In this document: piece by piece, positions 61,108-64,000 of the stretch | Layout of the letters: every line of letters begins with the position of its first letter | How positions within the stretch are numbered: position 1 is the stretch's first letter | NCBI GenBank assembly: GCA_963758915.1 | Contig: CAVWXH010000010.1 | Span: 64,001 to 128,000, forward strand | Direction: 5' to 3' | Origin: an uncultured Methanomicrobiales archaeon | GTDB lineage: Archaea > Halobacteriota > Methanomicrobia > Methanomicrobiales > Methanospirillaceae | Length of the DNA stretch: 64,000 nt | Position numbers and translations under genes: made by a program | The notes under the pieces: model-generated | Database searches by the model: none | The model's input: only the letters and a program-made list of their open reading frames with translations | What the model was told of the DNA's origin: nothing

Positions 61108-61293
61108 TTATTTTTTCTTTGACATCTCGCTGACTTCATTTTCGAGCGTTTCTTTGAGCCGTGAAAGGGCCTCCCCCGCATCACTGGTGGTCGTGACCAT
61201 GAACTGGTTGTCAGTTTTGATGTCCTGGTAGGTCACTACATAATCAATCTGCCCGTCCTGTCCGCGTTTTGGCTCAATAATTATTTTTGCCAT
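61108..61293 (-). CDS. Small hypothetical protein (61 aa)
   Basis: ATG with an upstream AGGAAGTGA SD-like run; typical codon usage. Confidence 0.6.
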   Translation of the reverse strand: MAKIIIEPKRGQDGQIDYVVTYQDIKTDNQFMVTTTSDAGEALSRLKETLENEVSEMSKKK

Positions 61294-61610
61294 TGTCTGT
61301 CACTTCCTATTCAGAACTATATTCTGGATGTTTATCATTAAGTTTTAGCTGCTGGTTCTATATGGCCTGTCCCTGCGTATGGATTGATTCCATTATCTGG
61401 TTATTTCCTGAACGTTTCGTACGTGAGCCATTTCTTTTTATAACCCGGAATTCATTCGTTCTGGATTTTATCAATTCTGATTTTTTTAGAAAATCCGGAT
61501 CTCTGGTTTTCAACCGTGTGTGCCTTTATACCAACCCGGACATTGAACCAACATGACATTCAGCAAGAGATATATGCGAACACATGGAACTAATATAGCG
61601 CAATCTGTGC

Positions 61611-61682
61611 GGGCTCGTAGATCAGGGGTAGATCGTCACGTTTGCAACGTGAAGGCCACGGGTTCAAATCCCGTCGAGTCCA
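61611..61682 (+). tRNA. tRNA-Ala (TGC)
   Basis: GGGCTCG/CGAGTCC acceptor with G3:U70; TCACG-TTTGCAA-CGTGA anticodon arm. Confidence 0.95.
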
Positions 61683-61871
61683 TTTTTCATTTTTCAGACT
61701 CTTTTTCAGGACCGAGAGGTCATGCCGGGATCGAAGGGCAGAGCCCTCGCGTTGGTACGGGTTCAAATCCCGTCGAGTCCATTTTTCATTTTTCAGACTC
61801 TTTTTCAGGACCGAGAGGTCATGCCGGGATCGAAGGGCAGAGCCCTCGCGTTGGTACGGGTTCAAATCCCG
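61658..61871 (+). repeat. Perfect 99-bp tandem repeat (2 units plus 16 bp) starting in the tRNA-Ala T-arm
   Basis: ACGGGTTCAAATCCCG recurs at 61658, 61757 and 61856; the two full units are identical. Confidence 0.95.
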
Positions 61872-61938
61872 CTCACCTGCAAACCAATTTTTCTGAATAT
61901 TCATCAGGGAGTGGGGATCCCCCTGGGTAATGACCTGT

Positions 61939-62628
61939 TTATTTTCTTTCCTCGGGCGGGGAATCTCTGGAACTATAGGTTGCCACTGTAGCATCCCCTC
62001 CCTCCTGCTGGCCTGGAAGTGCCCCTTTCGGGAACAGTTTTGCACCAATAAAAGCCCCCTGGCTCAATCCCATAAGGACAACCAGTGTAGGATCAATATC
62101 GGGAAGGTCAAGAAGCTGGGGATCTGCAATCGTTGCCGGGCTGAAAACCGTGGAAAACAGGATCACGATATAGAGGCCGATCCCAATCCACGTCCAGAGA
62201 AACATCTGGTATCGTGCCAGTGATGCCCTGCCGTTTTCCAGCAGCATCGAAGACCATTTATGCTTGTTCGGGATTTCATGGGTGGACCTGTCCTCGTGGT
62301 AGATCATACCGTTTACACCCGCGCTGACAATGGGGACGGCGGTGCTGATACCGAGCAATATCAGGATATTTGTGCTGATCGTGGACGGGGGATCATAGAG
62401 CCCTGAATAGATCCTGAGATAATATATCATCAGGTACGAAAATGCAACCACCACTGTCCATAGCAGGAACTGGAATATAGCGAGGCTCGGATAACCGGCC
62501 TCGTTTAAAATGATACTCCTGAACTTCTTATCGTTCCTGTGGAGAAGGGCCCGCACCACAAAACTGATAACGCAAACCGTGATCACCGCGTACAGCGCAG
62601 CCACCCAGATGTAACTCAACCCAGCCAT
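61939..62628 (-). CDS. Hypothetical membrane protein with internal duplication
   Basis: About 5 hydrophobic segments; repeated SLA..Q..LWT / L..L.G.S motif. Confidence 0.7.
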   Translation of the reverse strand: MAGLSYIWVAALYAVITVCVISFVVRALLHRNDKKFRSIILNEAGYPSLAIFQFLLWTVVVAFSYLMIYYLRIYSGLYDPPSTISTNILILLGISTAVPIVSAGVNGMIYHEDRSTHEIPNKHKWSSMLLENGRASLARYQMFLWTWIGIGLYIVILFSTVFSPATIADPQLLDLPDIDPTLVVLMGLSQGAFIGAKLFPKGALPGQQEGGDATVATYSSRDSPPEERK

Positions 62629-62811
62629 ATACCAGCATAAAATGATGATTATATAAAATAGTTGCTATAATATGGGCCGGGTTGACAATTAAATAATCCA
62701 ACCCTCTGACTGTCCTCAACCGATATGAAATTCAACAGTTTTCGCGGGATTGTACCGGAGTTCCACCCGGTACTCAGGCCGGTCTGATAAAAAGCAACTA
62801 AAATCTGGGGA

Positions 62812-63156
62812 TCAATTAATCCAGTCAAGCAACTTGCCAGGTTCTTTTTCAACCCTGTGGGGAATGACTATCCTCTTTTCAGGCTCCCTGGGTTTCCCGA
62901 TAGTCCCCGGCCCACCATATTCCGGATAGTCCGGAAGGATATCCTGTTCCATACGGCCTGCCACAGGGCGTTCCTCTGCAAAGATCACGGGTGAGGGTTG
63001 TTTCATATCTTCCCGGATCCCGGAAAAATTCTCACTGCTCTCGTGATTACCGGTATTATAAGGGAAATTGGAATCCCTGGTAATGAGAAAGTCAATAAAA
63101 TCTTCGACCTCACGTTGCTGTTCGGGGGTCAGGCGTGATATTTTATCCTCAATCAT
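62812..63156 (-). CDS. Hypothetical protein with DUF2281-like N-terminus
   Basis: KISRLTPEQQREVEDFIDFL. Confidence 0.65.
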   Translation of the reverse strand: MIEDKISRLTPEQQREVEDFIDFLITRDSNFPYNTGNHESSENFSGIREDMKQPSPVIFAEERPVAGRMEQDILPDYPEYGGPGTIGKPREPEKRIVIPHRVEKEPGKLLDWIN

Positions 63157-63303
63157 TTCCTTCTGGCTCCTTTCTCACTTACTCACTACAATATCTCCAC
63201 ATTTTTGCATATTAACCTGCATGGTCCAGCCTGGTCCCGATCCGTCATATATCGTGTGTATTGTGAATTACCCGGATCAGTTTGGATCGCCTGAAAAAAA
63301 GGT

Positions 63304-63975
63304 TCAGTCCTTTTTCCCCCACCTGAAAATATCCGTGATTTTAAATGACCGGAACATGTTGAGAATTATGGATGCAACTCCGATCAATGAGATTCCTATA
63401 ATGAGCATGATTACCAGGCTGAAATTGTCCTGCACGATCGCAAGGTTCCCGAACAAATAACCTGCTATTACAAATGCACATACCCACCCAACACCACCAA
63501 TTATGTTATAGGCAAGGAAGTGGCCATAATTCATACGACCAATACCCGCAAAAAATGGCGCAAAGGTCCTGACAAACGGGATAAAACGTGCAATAACGAT
63601 TGTTAACCCCCCATACTTTTCAAAGAAGAAATGGGTCTTATCAATATGTTCCTGCCTGATAATGGACAGGTTCATATCTAGAATTTTCTGTCCAAAATAA
63701 CGGCCAATCCAGTAATTCAACGTATCCCCAAGTATTCCGGCGAGAGATAGTGTAATCAGGAGTATTTCAATGTTCAGCAGATCTTTTCCTGCTAAAGCCC
63801 CTGCAACGAAGAGGAGTGAATCCCCGGGCAGGAAGGGGAAAATTACAATGCCTGTTTCAAGGAATATTATCGCAAAAAGGATCGCATATGTCCAGAACCC
63901 GTATGCGGCAATAAGGACCGGGAGGTACTGGTCGAAATTGAGGGCCAGATCTATAATAGTTGTAAGCTGATCCAT
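63304..63975 (-). CDS. DedA/VTT-family membrane protein
   Basis: ETG..FPFLPGDSLLF.AG, GD..NY.IG, ARFIPFVRTFAPF.AG. Confidence 0.93.
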   Translation of the reverse strand: MDQLTTIIDLALNFDQYLPVLIAAYGFWTYAILFAIIFLETGIVIFPFLPGDSLLFVAGALAGKDLLNIEILLITLSLAGILGDTLNYWIGRYFGQKILDMNLSIIRQEHIDKTHFFFEKYGGLTIVIARFIPFVRTFAPFFAGIGRMNYGHFLAYNIIGGVGWVCAFVIAGYLFGNLAIVQDNFSLVIMLIIGISLIGVASIILNMFRSFKITDIFRWGKKD

Positions 63976-64000
63976 GTATCTGTAGATATTGGATGTTAAG

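Noticed and set aside
61658-61871. CRISPR array
   Set aside because: The intervening sequences are identical rather than unique spacers, the repeat derives from a tRNA T-arm, and there are no cas genes.
61553-62048. ORFs with duplicated 33-aa blocks
   Set aside because: By-product of the 99-bp (multiple of 3) repeat overlapping a tRNA gene.

Overview
Core-genome segment of a methanogenic euryarchaeon, most likely Methanomicrobiales (Methanoregula/Methanolinea-like). The assignment is inferred from sepS, frhADGB, mptA, tfb-gar1, aIF5B, aRF1, archaeal r-proteins and 7S SRP RNA. The window holds about 60 CDS covering translation and tRNA modification, F420-reducing hydrogenase, transport and stress, plus six tRNAs (Asn, CAU/Ile2, Leu, His, two Ala) and the SRP RNA. 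I found no CRISPR array, transposase, integrase or prophage. The features most worth a second look are: (1) four copies of a 255-403 bp ORF-less element with IS903-like terminal inverted repeats and a conserved multi-hairpin core, all in convergent intergenic gaps; (2) a perfect 99-bp tandem repeat built from the 3' end of tRNA-Ala(UGC) that can fold tRNA-like; (3) three single-base insertions splitting frhA, frhB and an AAA ATPase, most likely sequencing errors; (4) several genes whose Shine-Dalgarno spacing points to non-canonical starts, notably ACG for infB behind a structured leader; (5) two SD-equipped in-frame starts for frhG, the longer adding an amphipathic N-terminus; (6) a FabH-like enzyme with an altered catalytic triad. 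All calls come from reading the sequence; no searches or folding programs were run.
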